Shown: positions 25,695 to 36,292, numbered from the stretch's first letter. The stretch: 64,000 bases of DNA from Spirochaetia bacterium (GCA_965263295.1 OZ253665.1:2208001-2272000), one strand, 5' to 3'. The notes: generated by a model from the sequence alone, not told the origin. Numbers and translations: made by a program.

Positions 25695-28600
25695 CTAGCG
25701 CCGGATCCTGAAGCTGCGCAGGGCAAAAGGGGAAAACAGCAGTTCCGTGCCATTTTCCAGAGGCTCGCCAAGCTCGTGCCACTCCATCAGATCGCATTCT
25801 TGCAGCGGGCTGTTTTGCAGGTGTGGGGCCAGGTGCAGCCGGACCCGGCTGTGCTTGCCGGCCCGCTCGACGAGGCGCACAATGATATCCGCCGACTTTT
25901 CGGCCTGTTTAACGACTTCCAGCGTGACGTTCTCCCCGGTAATTTTGATCGGCGGGACAAGCTCCAGCGACTGGCCGGCAAAGGCCAGCACGCCGGCATT
26001 AAACAGGGCGGCCTCCGCCTGAATCGTCGGCATGGCCTCCTGTAATGTGCCACTGTGCGGCAAAAAGGCGTAGCGAAACTCGTGTGTTCCGTCGCCGCGG
26101 GATTGGTCGGCGCTGCGGGATTGATCGGCATCGGGGTCGGGCAAGGTGGGCGAACGCAGTAAATTAAGGTCCATCCAGTTGCCCAGAATCTTGTGGCCGT
26201 ACTTGCTGTCGTTGAGCAGGCTGACGCCGTAGTCGTGGTCGCTTAGGTCGGCATAACGCTGGCCGAGGACTTCAAATTGGGCCATGTCCCAGCTGGTATT
26301 GCGGTGGGTGGGGCGTTCGAGGTAGCCGTAGTGAATGTCGTAGCTGGCCTTTTTGCTGCGCAGCTCCGGCTCAAAACTGACGCGCAACATGCGGTGTTTC
26401 TCGCGCCAGTCGACTTGCTGGAAAAAATCCAGGCGCTTGCTGTGCGCCTCCAGGCTCACGCGTTGGCTCATGCTGGAGCGCTCGCCGATCTTGTAGCGGA
26501 ATTGCAGGCTCTGCTGCAGGGAAGAGCCGCCGCCGCAAGATGCTTCGCAGGCATGGATTTCTTCGAGCCGCTCGGCTTCGTAATTGAGATCGATGTCCCA
26601 GGCGTCCCAGTCGCGGGGCCAATCCTGGTAGAGCGAGAAGCGGTTGCCCAGGCCGTCGGACGCCAGGATTTCGCGCTGTTCTCGTTTGTCAAAGGCCGCA
26701 GTCAGCTGGCCTTTTTCATTAAATGTGTAGCGCACCAGATCATTTTCCAGGCTCAGGTCCTTGCCTTGCAGTGCGGAGTCCGCCCGCTGCTCCGCGCCGT
26801 TGTGCAAGACGGCGATGGCCTGCGCCTCGAGACGCAGCAGCGCCAGGCCGGCCTCGGCTCCGAGGATCGCGACGTCGGCCTGGCCTTCGGCCACCCTGGC
26901 GCCGCGCCAGCCTTCGGGGAGTGGCACCAGGGCCTGCACCGGCAGGCTGTAGGGATTGACCAGGCTCAGCGCCGCCGCATCCTGTTTTTGCGCGTGGCGC
27001 CAGGCCTCGATGAGGCGCTCACAGAGCGCGAGGCCGGCAGCGTGCTTCTGGTGCGTCCCCTCACTCCCGTGGTAGACTTCGTGAATGCTGGAGCCGGGAA
27101 TGATGTCGTGGAACTGGTGAAGCAAGAGCATTTTCCAGGTCTGCTCAAGCTCCGCTGTCGGGTAGGCGAGCCTGGAATCCAGGCTGTAGAGATATTCGAC
27201 GACCCGCAGCTGTTGTTCCAGACGGCGATTGCCCGCTTTGACCTTGGCGTGAGTCGTCAGGGTGCCGCGATGCAGCTCCAAGTAAAGTTCGCCGGACCAG
27301 CTCGCCAGCTCGCCGCGCCGGGCTTCCAGGCGCTGAAAGAATTGGTCGGCCCGGCCGAATTGCAACTGTGGGCAGCCTTCTGCGCCGGCGCCGCCGTCGG
27401 CTCCAAAGCTTAGCCCGCGCTCCAGTTGCTCTTCATCGGGGCCGCCGCCGCCGTCGCCAATGCCAAACAAGGTCATGAATTCATCTAGGAAATGGCCTTC
27501 TTTAAATTGGTTTTGGGCCGCTCTGAGGCCGTTTGCGCTCAGGACGCTGTTGTATGTGGCCTCGGGCGGGAAGTGGGTCAATACCTCGCTGCCGTCGATG
27601 CCTTGCCAGAGAAAAGTGTGGTGGGGGAAGTCGTTGTACTGGCTCCACGAAAGTTTTTGCGTCAGAAAGTACTTGATGCCGGCGCGTTGCAGCAGTTGCG
27701 GCAAGTTTGCGCTGTAGCCAAAGACGTCGGGCAGCCACAGGTTTTCGACATCGACGCCAAACTCGTCGCGGAAAAAGTTCTTGCCGTGTATAATCTGCCG
27801 GACGAGGGACTCGCCACTGGGGATATTGGCATCGGCCTCGACCCACATGCCGCCCTGAACTTCCCAGCGCCCGTCCTTTACCCGTTGCTGGATTTGCCGG
27901 TACAGCCCTGGGTAGTGTTCTTTGACAAATTGATAGTGCTGCGCCTGCGAGGCGCCAAATATATAGCCGGGGTAATGCTCCATCAGTTTCAGCTGGTTGG
28001 CAAAGGTGCGGGCGCACTTGCGCACCGACTCTTTGAGCGGCCAGAGCCAGGCCGTGTCGATATGGGCGTGGCCGACGGCGATGGTTTTGGGCTCTGAGGG
28101 TGCGTTGCCCTGGCGCAGGGCATCCCGCAAGATTTTGTGGGCGGAGGCGAGATTGCCGCGTTGATAGGCATGGCGCGACAGGGACTGGTCCAGGGCATAG
28201 ATCAGGCGCCGGGCGCGGGGTGCGACAGCAGAGCTTTGACCTGTGCCAGAGCCGAGCAATTTTTTGGCAATTTGGCTAGCCGTTTGCACATCGAGCAGAA
28301 ACTGCCACAGAGCGCGGTCAAACAAGATAATGCGGGCGCAATTGACGCGGCCGATGTGTTCGCCGTAATAACGCGGCATGCCCTGGCGCGGATCGTCTTC
28401 GCGCTCCAGGCCAAAGAGGGTGTTGGCGGCGGCCTCAAGCCACAGTTCCAGCTTGCCGCCTTCGAGCAGCTTCTCTGCGCGCGGAACCAAAGAGCGTTGA
28501 AAGCCACCGCGGAGCACTGAGCCCTCGGAAATCCCCTGCAGCGGTTCACCTTCTTTGCTGAAAACCAGCCCCTCTCCGTTGAAGTTGAGTTGTAGGGCAA

Positions 28601-28892
28601 TTTCGGCGCCGAGTTCTGTGCCCTTGGCGCGCCACGCGTCCAGCTCCGCGCCGAGGTCTGCCTTCAGGGAGAACCAAGCGCTTTCCCAGACGAGATCCGC
28701 AGAGCGCCCCCACTCCGCCCCCTCTTGAATTGGCGCAAAGTTGAGGCGGTCCTTTTCGGCAAACTTTAGATGTTCCGTGCATTTTGCATATTGCAGGTCC
28801 AGTGCCTTGGATTCGATAACGAGCTGCTGGTAGAGGCGTTCACAGGCCTTTTGGGCGCGTCCAAGGACTTGTTGAAACTGTCGATCAAACAT
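25695..28892 (-). CDS. Alpha-mannosidase, GH38 (class 2C-like)
   Basis: GHAHIDTAWLWP, WLPDVFGY nucleophile region, GDGGGGP, QFHDIIPGSSI, NDSKYG. Confidence 0.95.
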   Translation of the reverse strand: MFDRQFQQVLGRAQKACERLYQQLVIESKALDLQYAKCTEHLKFAEKDRLNFAPIQEGAEWGRSADLVWESAWFSLKADLGAELDAWRAKGTELGAEIALQLNFNGEGLVFSKEGEPLQGISEGSVLRGGFQRSLVPRAEKLLEGGKLELWLEAAANTLFGLEREDDPRQGMPRYYGEHIGRVNCARIILFDRALWQFLLDVQTASQIAKKLLGSGTGQSSAVAPRARRLIYALDQSLSRHAYQRGNLASAHKILRDALRQGNAPSEPKTIAVGHAHIDTAWLWPLKESVRKCARTFANQLKLMEHYPGYIFGASQAQHYQFVKEHYPGLYRQIQQRVKDGRWEVQGGMWVEADANIPSGESLVRQIIHGKNFFRDEFGVDVENLWLPDVFGYSANLPQLLQRAGIKYFLTQKLSWSQYNDFPHHTFLWQGIDGSEVLTHFPPEATYNSVLSANGLRAAQNQFKEGHFLDEFMTLFGIGDGGGGPDEEQLERGLSFGADGGAGAEGCPQLQFGRADQFFQRLEARRGELASWSGELYLELHRGTLTTHAKVKAGNRRLEQQLRVVEYLYSLDSRLAYPTAELEQTWKMLLLHQFHDIIPGSSIHEVYHGSEGTHQKHAAGLALCERLIEAWRHAQKQDAAALSLVNPYSLPVQALVPLPEGWRGARVAEGQADVAILGAEAGLALLRLEAQAIAVLHNGAEQRADSALQGKDLSLENDLVRYTFNEKGQLTAAFDKREQREILASDGLGNRFSLYQDWPRDWDAWDIDLNYEAERLEEIHACEASCGGGSSLQQSLQFRYKIGERSSMSQRVSLEAHSKRLDFFQQVDWREKHRMLRVSFEPELRSKKASYDIHYGYLERPTHRNTSWDMAQFEVLGQRYADLSDHDYGVSLLNDSKYGHKILGNWMDLNLLRSPTLPDPDADQSRSADQSRGDGTHEFRYAFLPHSGTLQEAMPTIQAEAALFNAGVLAFAGQSLELVPPIKITGENVTLEVVKQAEKSADIIVRLVERAGKHSRVRLHLAPHLQNSPLQECDLMEWHELGEPLENGTELLFSPFALRSFRIRR

Positions 28893-28967
28893 TTTGACTC
28901 CTAATTATTTGAGCTTTGCTGGGGATTATTGGGCAAAAAATGGCCACTCTGCAAAAGTTGTACGAGA

Positions 28968-30437
28968 TCATTTTGTTGGCTGTGCTGCCGACTTCCATTG
29001 ATTGTATGCCGTATTAATTTTGGCGACGACTTCATACCAGCCTATTTCGCGCAGCTTGCTGCGGAATTTGTCCAGCGTCTCATCTACGGGCACGCTGCCA
29101 GAACTCAATATGGGGCCGAATTCGGCCAACGCCGCAGTCGCCATGGCAATCTCTGTGCGGTAGTCCTCGGTATTGATAACGAAGTTCAGCGCGGGAGAAC
29201 TCTCTGCTGCTTCGTTAAATCGCAGCAGGGCTTCGCGGGCGTCCGGGCGCTCATTTTCCATCAGATACAGCGGCATGAGGCTGCCCAAAGTAAAGTTGGA
29301 CATGTTGTAATCCCTGGCCTTGTCGGTCTTGCGGACCACATTTTCGCCTGTCTTCTGATAATGAACGCCCTCAATGCCGAAGCCGACGAGATTGCGCACG
29401 ACTGGATCGGTGTTGAGCACTTCGATAAAAGACATGGCATCTTCGGCGCGCGTCGAAATACTGGGTATGCTGAGCATGGCTCCCTTTGCGGTGTTGTAGG
29501 CCAGGGTCGGGGGGGCGTCCAGAGGGGCCGCGACGATTTCCAATCCCCATCGTTCGGCATAGATTTCTCCCGCTCCCGGAAAGCCGCTGTAGTGACGCAA
29601 AAACCAGTCTTTATTTCCATCGGCCTTGTAGCTTTCGGTTGCCTTGACCACGGCGGCATCCGAGGGGGTATAGCCCTTCTGGTACCAGTCGCGCATGATC
29701 TTCAGCTGGGCGATGTATTCGCTCATTTCCGGCAGCACCTGAAAGCCTTTTTCCGCTTCGGCAAACGAAAGGGCAATCGGGACATTGTCCGTGAATGGAT
29801 AGTCGGCCCGTATCCGGCTAAACCCTTCTCCAACGTAAAAATATTTGTTTGTCCCCGCCTCTTGGCTCCGGGCGAGCAGCGGCGTCAGGCTGGCCACGTC
29901 TGTGATACTGGAGACTTCGAGGCCGAGCTGTTCAAAAATTTTTCTGGGAAAGGCCGCGTAGAGCTGAAAAGCCATGTCCTTGTAATTGGGCACGGAGTAG
30001 AGCTTGGAGCCGACTCGCGCCGCCGTCCAAAATTTCTCAGGAATTGAGGCTTTCAACTTCGGCGTCTGTTCCAGTAGCCCGTCGAGCTCGCGCAGGTAGC
30101 CACTGGTTGCGTTGTTAAAGAAGTTTGCCGTCCACGACGCGGTAAAAATGATATCTGAGTATTCTCCCGAAGTCAGCATTAAAGACATCTTGCTGTTGTA
30201 GTCGCCCCAGTCAAAGCTATCGTAGCGCACGCTGTAATTCTTGCCGATCTCTTGGAGGTATTGATTCACTTGCGCGAACACCAGCTCCGTGTCCGGCGCT
30301 GGGGCCCCGATGCCATACCACAGTAGGGCACTGGACTGGTTCTCATCCCGGCCGCATGAGCAGAGCAAGGCCGCGAGGGCCAATGCGGCCAGAATTTTTG
30401 TATGCTTGTCTTTGAAAGGCTGTGCAAAAAAGGTCAT
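28968..30437 (-). CDS. Oligosaccharide ABC substrate-binding lipoprotein (copy 2)
   Basis: Lipobox LLCSC; DWGDY, FGIEGVHY and DUF3502-like C-terminus. Confidence 0.9.
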   Translation of the reverse strand: MTFFAQPFKDKHTKILAALALAALLCSCGRDENQSSALLWYGIGAPAPDTELVFAQVNQYLQEIGKNYSVRYDSFDWGDYNSKMSLMLTSGEYSDIIFTASWTANFFNNATSGYLRELDGLLEQTPKLKASIPEKFWTAARVGSKLYSVPNYKDMAFQLYAAFPRKIFEQLGLEVSSITDVASLTPLLARSQEAGTNKYFYVGEGFSRIRADYPFTDNVPIALSFAEAEKGFQVLPEMSEYIAQLKIMRDWYQKGYTPSDAAVVKATESYKADGNKDWFLRHYSGFPGAGEIYAERWGLEIVAAPLDAPPTLAYNTAKGAMLSIPSISTRAEDAMSFIEVLNTDPVVRNLVGFGIEGVHYQKTGENVVRKTDKARDYNMSNFTLGSLMPLYLMENERPDAREALLRFNEAAESSPALNFVINTEDYRTEIAMATAALAEFGPILSSGSVPVDETLDKFRSKLREIGWYEVVAKINTAYNQWKSAAQPTK

Positions 30438-30530
30438 GCAGAAGTTCTCCTTTGTGTCATTTTTGTGTCACTTGGACTGGATGGCTGTGAAAAAGGCAAA
30501 AGCATATTTTGCACGTCTGTTGTCTTTTAA

Positions 30531-32045
30531 TCACTGCCCTGCCAATCTCCATTGATTATATGCGGTATTTATTTTGGCGACGGTTTCATACCAGCCTATT
30601 TCGCGCAGTTTCCCGCGGAATCTTTCAAGGGTCTCGTCTACCGGCACGCTGCCGGCGCGCAATATGTATTTAAATTCCGCCATTGTTGCCCTGGCCATCG
30701 CAATTTCTGTGCGGTATTCCTCTGGATTGACGATGAAGCTTAGCGCGGGAGAGACTTCTGCCTCTGCGTTAAATTGCAGCAGGGCTGCGCGGGCGTCCGG
30801 GCGCTCATTTTCCAGCAGGTAGAGCGGCAGGAGGCTGCCCAAGGCGAAGTTGGGCATCTGGTAACCTTTGGCTTTATCGGTCTTGCGGATGACATTTTCG
30901 CCTGTCTTTTGATAATGCACGCCCTCAATGCCAAAGCCGACGAGATTGCGCACGGTCGGATCGGTGTTGAGCACTTCGATGAAGGACATGGCATCTTCGG
31001 CGCGCGTCGAAATACTGGGTATGCTGAGCATGCCGCCATTGGCCGTGCTGTGCGTCAGGATTGGCGGGGCATCCAGAGGGGCGGAGACCAATTCCTGGCC
31101 CCACAAGTCGGCCAAGGCGGTCTCGGCTCCCGGAAAACCGATGTAATCGTGCAGGAACCAATTCCTGTACGACGATGATTTATAGCCTTCCCCCTCTTTC
31201 ACCACGGCGGCATCCGCAGGGATATAGCCTTTCTGGTTCCATTCGCGCATGATTTTCAGCTGAGCGATATATTCGCTCATGTCCGGCAGCACCTGAAAGC
31301 CCTTTTGCGCTTCGGCAAATGAAAGGGCGACCGGGGTATCCTGCCCGAAAAGATAGTCGGCCCGTATTTTGTCAAAACCTTGGCCGAGATCCACGTAGCC
31401 AGTGCGCTGTGGCTCCAGCTCCCGGCATCTGGCGAGCAGCGGCGTCAGGCTGGCGAGGTCGGTGATATTTGATGCGCTGAGGCCGAGTCGTTCAAAAACT
31501 TCGCGGGGGAAGGCCACATAACGCTGGTAAACCATATCCTTGTAATTGGGTATGGAGTAGAGCCTGGAGCCGACCCGCACCGCCTCCCAGAATTTTTCAG
31601 GTATTGAGGCTTTCAGCTTCGGCGCCTGTTCGAGTAGCCCGTCGAGCTCGCGCAGGTAGCCACTGGTCGCGTTGTTAAAGAAATTTGCCGCCCACGATGC
31701 GGTAAAAATAATGTCCGCGCGTTCCCCTGAAGTCAGTATCAGAGACATTTTGTCATTGTAGTCACCCCAGTCGAAACTGTCGTATCGCACACTGTAAGTT
31801 TTGCCGAGCTCGCGCAGGTATTGATTCACTTGCGCAAATACCAGCTCCGTGTCCGGCTGTTTGGGACCGATTCCATACCACAACAATGCATCGTTCTGGC
31901 CGTTGTTTGGGGCGCACGAGCCGAAGAGGCAGGCGGCTATGAGAACACATGCGGCGAGGATTGCCGCACGCTTGTTTTTAGGGAGCCGATAGCCATTTGC
32001 AGAAGGAATATTCGCAGGATTTGCCGCATCTGGCTGTATTTTCAT
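30531..32045 (-). CDS. Oligosaccharide ABC substrate-binding lipoprotein (copy 1)
   Basis: Lipobox LFGSC; close paralogue of 28968-30437. Confidence 0.9.
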   Translation of the reverse strand: MKIQPDAANPANIPSANGYRLPKNKRAAILAACVLIAACLFGSCAPNNGQNDALLWYGIGPKQPDTELVFAQVNQYLRELGKTYSVRYDSFDWGDYNDKMSLILTSGERADIIFTASWAANFFNNATSGYLRELDGLLEQAPKLKASIPEKFWEAVRVGSRLYSIPNYKDMVYQRYVAFPREVFERLGLSASNITDLASLTPLLARCRELEPQRTGYVDLGQGFDKIRADYLFGQDTPVALSFAEAQKGFQVLPDMSEYIAQLKIMREWNQKGYIPADAAVVKEGEGYKSSSYRNWFLHDYIGFPGAETALADLWGQELVSAPLDAPPILTHSTANGGMLSIPSISTRAEDAMSFIEVLNTDPTVRNLVGFGIEGVHYQKTGENVIRKTDKAKGYQMPNFALGSLLPLYLLENERPDARAALLQFNAEAEVSPALSFIVNPEEYRTEIAMARATMAEFKYILRAGSVPVDETLERFRGKLREIGWYETVAKINTAYNQWRLAGQ

Positions 32046-32932
32046 TCTTTGATGGCCCCGACGGTCAGACCTGAAATAAAGAATCTTTGAAAGAACGGGT
32101 AACTTACGAGTATCGGCACAAGGGTAAGGACGACAATGGCCATGCGCGAGCTTTCCCTGGGCAGATCGGCCATAATAGCATTCTGAGCGAATCTAATTTC
32201 GGGGTTTTGCACTAGCAACTCAATATTCTGCTGGATCTTGCTGAGGAAGGTCTGCAAGGGCAAAAGATTTGGGTTGCGGATGTAGAGCAGGGCCTGAAAC
32301 CAGTCATTCCAGTATGTCACGGCAGAAAAAAGGCCAATTGTCGCAATACCGGGAATCGCGATGGGCAGAATCAAGTGAAAAAAAATAGTCCATTCTCCGG
32401 CGCCATCAATTCGACCTGAGTCGATAATTTCCTGCGGAATATTCTGAAGAAATGTCCGCAGCACAATGACAAAGAATGCATTGAATGCCAAAGGTAGGAT
32501 CAGGGCCAGTAGGGTATCCTGCAGATGCAGAATTTTAGTCATAACCAGATAGCCGGGCACCAGGCCGCCACTGAACAACATTGTAAAGAAAATGTAGAAT
32601 GTAAAAAAACGGCGGAAGGCAAAATCCTGTCGAGACAGGGCATAGCTGTACAATGACATCAGGAAGACGGCAAGTAACGTTCCGAGCACAGTGACGACGA
32701 CGGATATGCCGAAGGCGCGCAGGATACTGCTGCCGTTCTCAAAAATATATTCGTAAGCATGAATGCTGAATTCGCGCGGCCAGAAATGATAGCCATTGCT
32801 TATGATTGAAGCTTCGGAACTGAATGATATAGATAGAATTAACAGCAAAGGCGCGACCACCGTTAGCGCGATGACGCCCAAGACGACAGAGAGAATGGCT
32901 TGATATAAAGTCGCGCGTTTTACCGATTTCAT
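32042..32932 (-). CDS. Carbohydrate ABC permease
   Basis: MLFSGGLVP, EAA loop DSGRIDGA, YWNDWF, YPFFQRFF-GLTVGAIK. Confidence 0.93.
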   Translation of the reverse strand: MKSVKRATLYQAILSVVLGVIALTVVAPLLLILSISFSSEASIISNGYHFWPREFSIHAYEYIFENGSSILRAFGISVVVTVLGTLLAVFLMSLYSYALSRQDFAFRRFFTFYIFFTMLFSGGLVPGYLVMTKILHLQDTLLALILPLAFNAFFVIVLRTFLQNIPQEIIDSGRIDGAGEWTIFFHLILPIAIPGIATIGLFSAVTYWNDWFQALLYIRNPNLLPLQTFLSKIQQNIELLVQNPEIRFAQNAIMADLPRESSRMAIVVLTLVPILVSYPFFQRFFISGLTVGAIKE

Positions 32933-32945
32933 GAACTTTACCCGC

Positions 32946-33869
32946 TTAAAATATGCCGCTGTTCTTATCAAATCTTTTTACAAGACTATTGCAACTGACG
33001 ATCAACAGAAACCCGACGAGGGATTGATATAGACCTGCCGCCGTGCTCATGGGAATGTCGCCCAAAGACATTAAGCTGCGATACACATAGGTATCAATTA
33101 CATCGGTTACCGGATAGAGAATGCCGTTGTCGCGGGGTATCTGGTAGAAGAGACCGAAGTCGGCGCGGAATATATTTCCGATCGCCAGCAGGGTCAAAAT
33201 AATGATCAAGCGCTTAATTTGTGGCATTGTGATATATAAAATTTCCTGGAGCATATTGGCCCCATCCATCCAGGCCGCTTCGTACAAGGACTTGTCAATA
33301 GCTAGAATGGAAGCCAGGTACAGGGATGCGCCGAAGCCAATCCCTTTCCAGTTGTTGATGATGACCAGAAGCCATGGCCATGGCTTCCAATTGCTGTACC
33401 AGTCTACCGGCTCAAAACCCATGCTAGAAAGCATTTGGTTCAATATCCCACTGCTCGGCTGTAAAAAGGCAAAACTAAAGTAACTTACGACTACCCAAGA
33501 TATGAAGTGGGGGAAGAGAATCATGGTTTGATACGCGCTGCGCAGACCCGGACTGAGCAAATAGCTTAGTGCGATGGCCAAAAGAATCGAGCTTATTGTG
33601 CCGATCAGCAGGAAGGCGCTGTTGTAGGCAATCGTGTTGCGCGTTATGACCCAGGCATCATGTGAGCCAAATAGAAAGCGGAAATTGCTTAAGCCAACCC
33701 AATCGCTAGAGATGACAGAGGAAATGAAGCCGCCGTCGAAACGCAGGTGCTTGAAGGCTAATATGACTCCGGCCATCGGGATATAAGCGAGCACAAAAAC
33801 CAGAATAAAGCCCGGCAATGCCATGGTCAGAAATGGCAGAGAACGACGAATTTTCTCTATAGAAAGCAT
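32946..33869 (-). CDS. Carbohydrate ABC permease (LplB-like)
   Basis: WVGLSNF, PHFISWVVV, LYEAAWMDGA, DVIDTYVY. Confidence 0.93.
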   Translation of the reverse strand: MLSIEKIRRSLPFLTMALPGFILVFVLAYIPMAGVILAFKHLRFDGGFISSVISSDWVGLSNFRFLFGSHDAWVITRNTIAYNSAFLLIGTISSILLAIALSYLLSPGLRSAYQTMILFPHFISWVVVSYFSFAFLQPSSGILNQMLSSMGFEPVDWYSNWKPWPWLLVIINNWKGIGFGASLYLASILAIDKSLYEAAWMDGANMLQEILYITMPQIKRLIIILTLLAIGNIFRADFGLFYQIPRDNGILYPVTDVIDTYVYRSLMSLGDIPMSTAAGLYQSLVGFLLIVSCNSLVKRFDKNSGIF

Positions 33870-33921
33870 TTTTCCTTTTCCATCTAGCTAAGCTCCGCAG
33901 CTTGCGTGGATTCTACGACAG

Positions 33922-34018
33922 ATTTTATCATGCATATTTATAGTATGTCAACTATGAATTATATTTTGTTAAGTTAATTGTAGATTTAATTGACAGAATG
34001 TATTTCTAATTGTAAAAT
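33922..34018. promoter_or_regulatory. Back-to-back divergent sigma70 promoters for the ABC/GH38 and GH130/LacI operons
   Basis: Plus strand: TTGACA 33990-33995, 17 bp, TAAAAT 34013-34018. Minus strand: TTGACA 33951-33946, 18 bp, TGnTAAAAT ending 33922. Confidence 0.7.
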
Positions 34019-34075
34019 TTTTATACATTCTGGCTGGCCGTTTAACCGACCGAATGTTTAAGGAGATGGCTACTT

Positions 34076-35062
34076 ATGAGTAGAATTATTGGAGCTCCTC
34101 TGCCTAATATTCCCTGGGAAGAAAAGCCCCAGGGATCTAAGGCCCCCCTGTGGCGCTTTGCGGGGAATCCCGTCATTCCACGGGACGCGACTCCCAATTC
34201 CAACAGTATTTTTAATAGTGCCGTCATCCCTTACCGCGGTGAGTTTGTCGGCGTTTTCCGCTGCGACGATCGCTGTCGCAGCATGAATATTTTCCTGGGA
34301 CACAGTAAAGATGGGCTCAAGTGGCAATTGGAGCTAGAACCGTTAAAGTTTGAGGGCGATTCGGAGCTTACCCGCTTTGAATATCGTTACGACCCCCGTC
34401 TGTGTAAAGTTGATGATAAGTATTACATAAGCTGGTGTAACGGATACCATGGCCCGACCATAGGCCTTGCCGAAACAGAAGACTTCACACGTTTTCGTCA
34501 ACTTGAAAATGCGTTCTTGCCATACAACCGCAATGGCGTTTTGTTTCCCCGTCGAATTAATGGCAATTTTGCCATGTACAGCCGCCCCAGTGACAATGGA
34601 CATACCGCGTTTGGCGATATTTTTTACAGTGAAAGTCCAGACATGACGTATTGGGGCAGGCATCGTTTTGTGATGGGAGCCATTCAGGGCAATACTTCCG
34701 CCTGGCAATCGACAAAAATTGGCCCTGGGCCGGTTCCTATCGAAACTTCAGAAGGCTGGTTGTTGTTTTACCACGGTGTATTGAACAGTTGTAACGGCTT
34801 TGTGTATAGTTTCGGAGTCGCTTTGATGGATCGGGAAATGCCGTGGAAAGTCTTGTGTCGAAGCCGGCCTTACTTGCTTTCCCCACAAAAAGATTATGAG
34901 TGTGTCGGCGACGTGCCGAATGTCGTTTTCCCATGTGCCGCCCTGACAGATAGCGATACCGGTCGCATGGCCATATATTACGGTTGCGCCGATACAGTCA
35001 CCGGCCTGGCTTTTGCCTACGTAGATGAGATTTTGGACTTCCTGAAAAATAATGCACTGTGA
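34076..35062 (+). CDS. GH130 beta-mannoside phosphorylase
   Basis: NSIFNSAV, YDPR, YHGPTIG, LPYNRNGVLFP, RPSDNGHT-FGD, GDVPNVVFPCA. Confidence 0.95.
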   Translation: MSRIIGAPLPNIPWEEKPQGSKAPLWRFAGNPVIPRDATPNSNSIFNSAVIPYRGEFVGVFRCDDRCRSMNIFLGHSKDGLKWQLELEPLKFEGDSELTRFEYRYDPRLCKVDDKYYISWCNGYHGPTIGLAETEDFTRFRQLENAFLPYNRNGVLFPRRINGNFAMYSRPSDNGHTAFGDIFYSESPDMTYWGRHRFVMGAIQGNTSAWQSTKIGPGPVPIETSEGWLLFYHGVLNSCNGFVYSFGVALMDREMPWKVLCRSRPYLLSPQKDYECVGDVPNVVFPCAALTDSDTGRMAIYYGCADTVTGLAFAYVDEILDFLKNNAL

Positions 35063-35082
35063 TTTAATAAGGTTGTATTGCG

Positions 35083-36132
35083 ATGATTTCATTGCAACAG
35101 ATAGCAGACCAGTTACAGATTTCCCGAGTCACTGTCTCCAAGGTGGTCAACAATAAACCTGGGGTCGGTCTCAGAACTCGAAAAAGGATCCTAGAATGCC
35201 TTTTTAACAATGGTTACACAAAGATAGACAGCGAGCTCTTTGCTGAGTTTGGCATAGTAGAGCAAATAAGAGGAAAAGCCGCGTTGCAGACGATTGCTGT
35301 CGTCGCCACCGAACCACACTTTGCGCGATTCTGGCTGCGGATTCTCAATGGAATTTCTTCAACCCTTTCCAGTCAGGATCACCAGCTGAGTTACTATTTT
35401 TTGACGAGGGATGAGGAAAAATCCCACAAGATACCTCAGAGTCTGTTGCAGGGCAATACAGATGGCATGATCGTGCTGAATGTCTACGACAATGAAACTA
35501 TCACAGAATTGCAGAAAATTGCGATTCCCTGTGTTTTTCTCGATGCCAGCCCGCAGGCTGTACGGAAGAATTTTCAGAGTGACCTGCTCATCATCGAAGG
35601 ATACAGAACCATCTGGCAGATTGCAGAAAATTTGCTCCAACAAGGCTGCAGAGATATCGGGTTTATTGGCGATATTGAATATTCTGAAAGTATTCGCCAC
35701 CGTTGGGCTGGTTTCAGGGATGTCATGCAGCATTATTCCATAGCTTTGCGGCGGGAATTCTGTCTGCTCTCAGAGCCGTCGTCTCATTTTTATAATCAGA
35801 AAAACTTCAATGAGGCGATTTCCGCAATGCCGGGACTGCCTCGTGCGTTTATCTGCGCCAATGATTTTATTGCTTACATGCTTTTGAAGTATTTGAAGGA
35901 AAATAATTATTCCGTGCCCGGCGATGTGCTGGTTTCAGGATTTGACAATATAGGAAATCCGCTGGACGACAGCATTCCATTTTCATTGACTACTGTGGCC
36001 GTCGATGCCGAATATATCGGCTGTCGTTTAGCCGAACAGATTTTATTGCGCCTGCGGCGCCCCTCAATGCGTCTTGAGACTATTCATATTGAGCCGAATG
36101 TTATTTATGGGACTTCAACGCAGAGTTTTTAA
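35083..36132 (+). CDS. LacI-family transcriptional regulator
   Basis: HTH LQQIADQLQISRVTVSKVVNNKPGV; AFICANDFIA; VSGFDN. Confidence 0.93.
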   Translation: MISLQQIADQLQISRVTVSKVVNNKPGVGLRTRKRILECLFNNGYTKIDSELFAEFGIVEQIRGKAALQTIAVVATEPHFARFWLRILNGISSTLSSQDHQLSYYFLTRDEEKSHKIPQSLLQGNTDGMIVLNVYDNETITELQKIAIPCVFLDASPQAVRKNFQSDLLIIEGYRTIWQIAENLLQQGCRDIGFIGDIEYSESIRHRWAGFRDVMQHYSIALRREFCLLSEPSSHFYNQKNFNEAISAMPGLPRAFICANDFIAYMLLKYLKENNYSVPGDVLVSGFDNIGNPLDDSIPFSLTTVAVDAEYIGCRLAEQILLRLRRPSMRLETIHIEPNVIYGTSTQSF

Positions 36133-36292
36133 AAGTGCCTATGCTTGAGCTCCCGCCCGCTAGCCGTGTCCCCACTAGCCATGCCATAACGCTGTGCGGT
36201 TGGTTTCTCATTTATTTGCTCATCTCGTTTTTCATCCCGTTTTTCATGGCTGCCGGGAGCTGTCCCCCGGCAGGGAAAGTAGCTGAGCTGAA

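Noticed and set aside
25490..25771. N-terminal extension of the esterase ORF through the 10-bp repeats
   Set aside because: Homology to YqiA starts at about 25489; the extension overlaps the mannosidase and merely reads through the repeat.
26277..30047. Long antisense ORFs (378 aa and 372 aa; also 45962-46999)
   Set aside because: Shadow frames of GC-rich, well-supported genes on the opposite strand, with no recognisable motifs.
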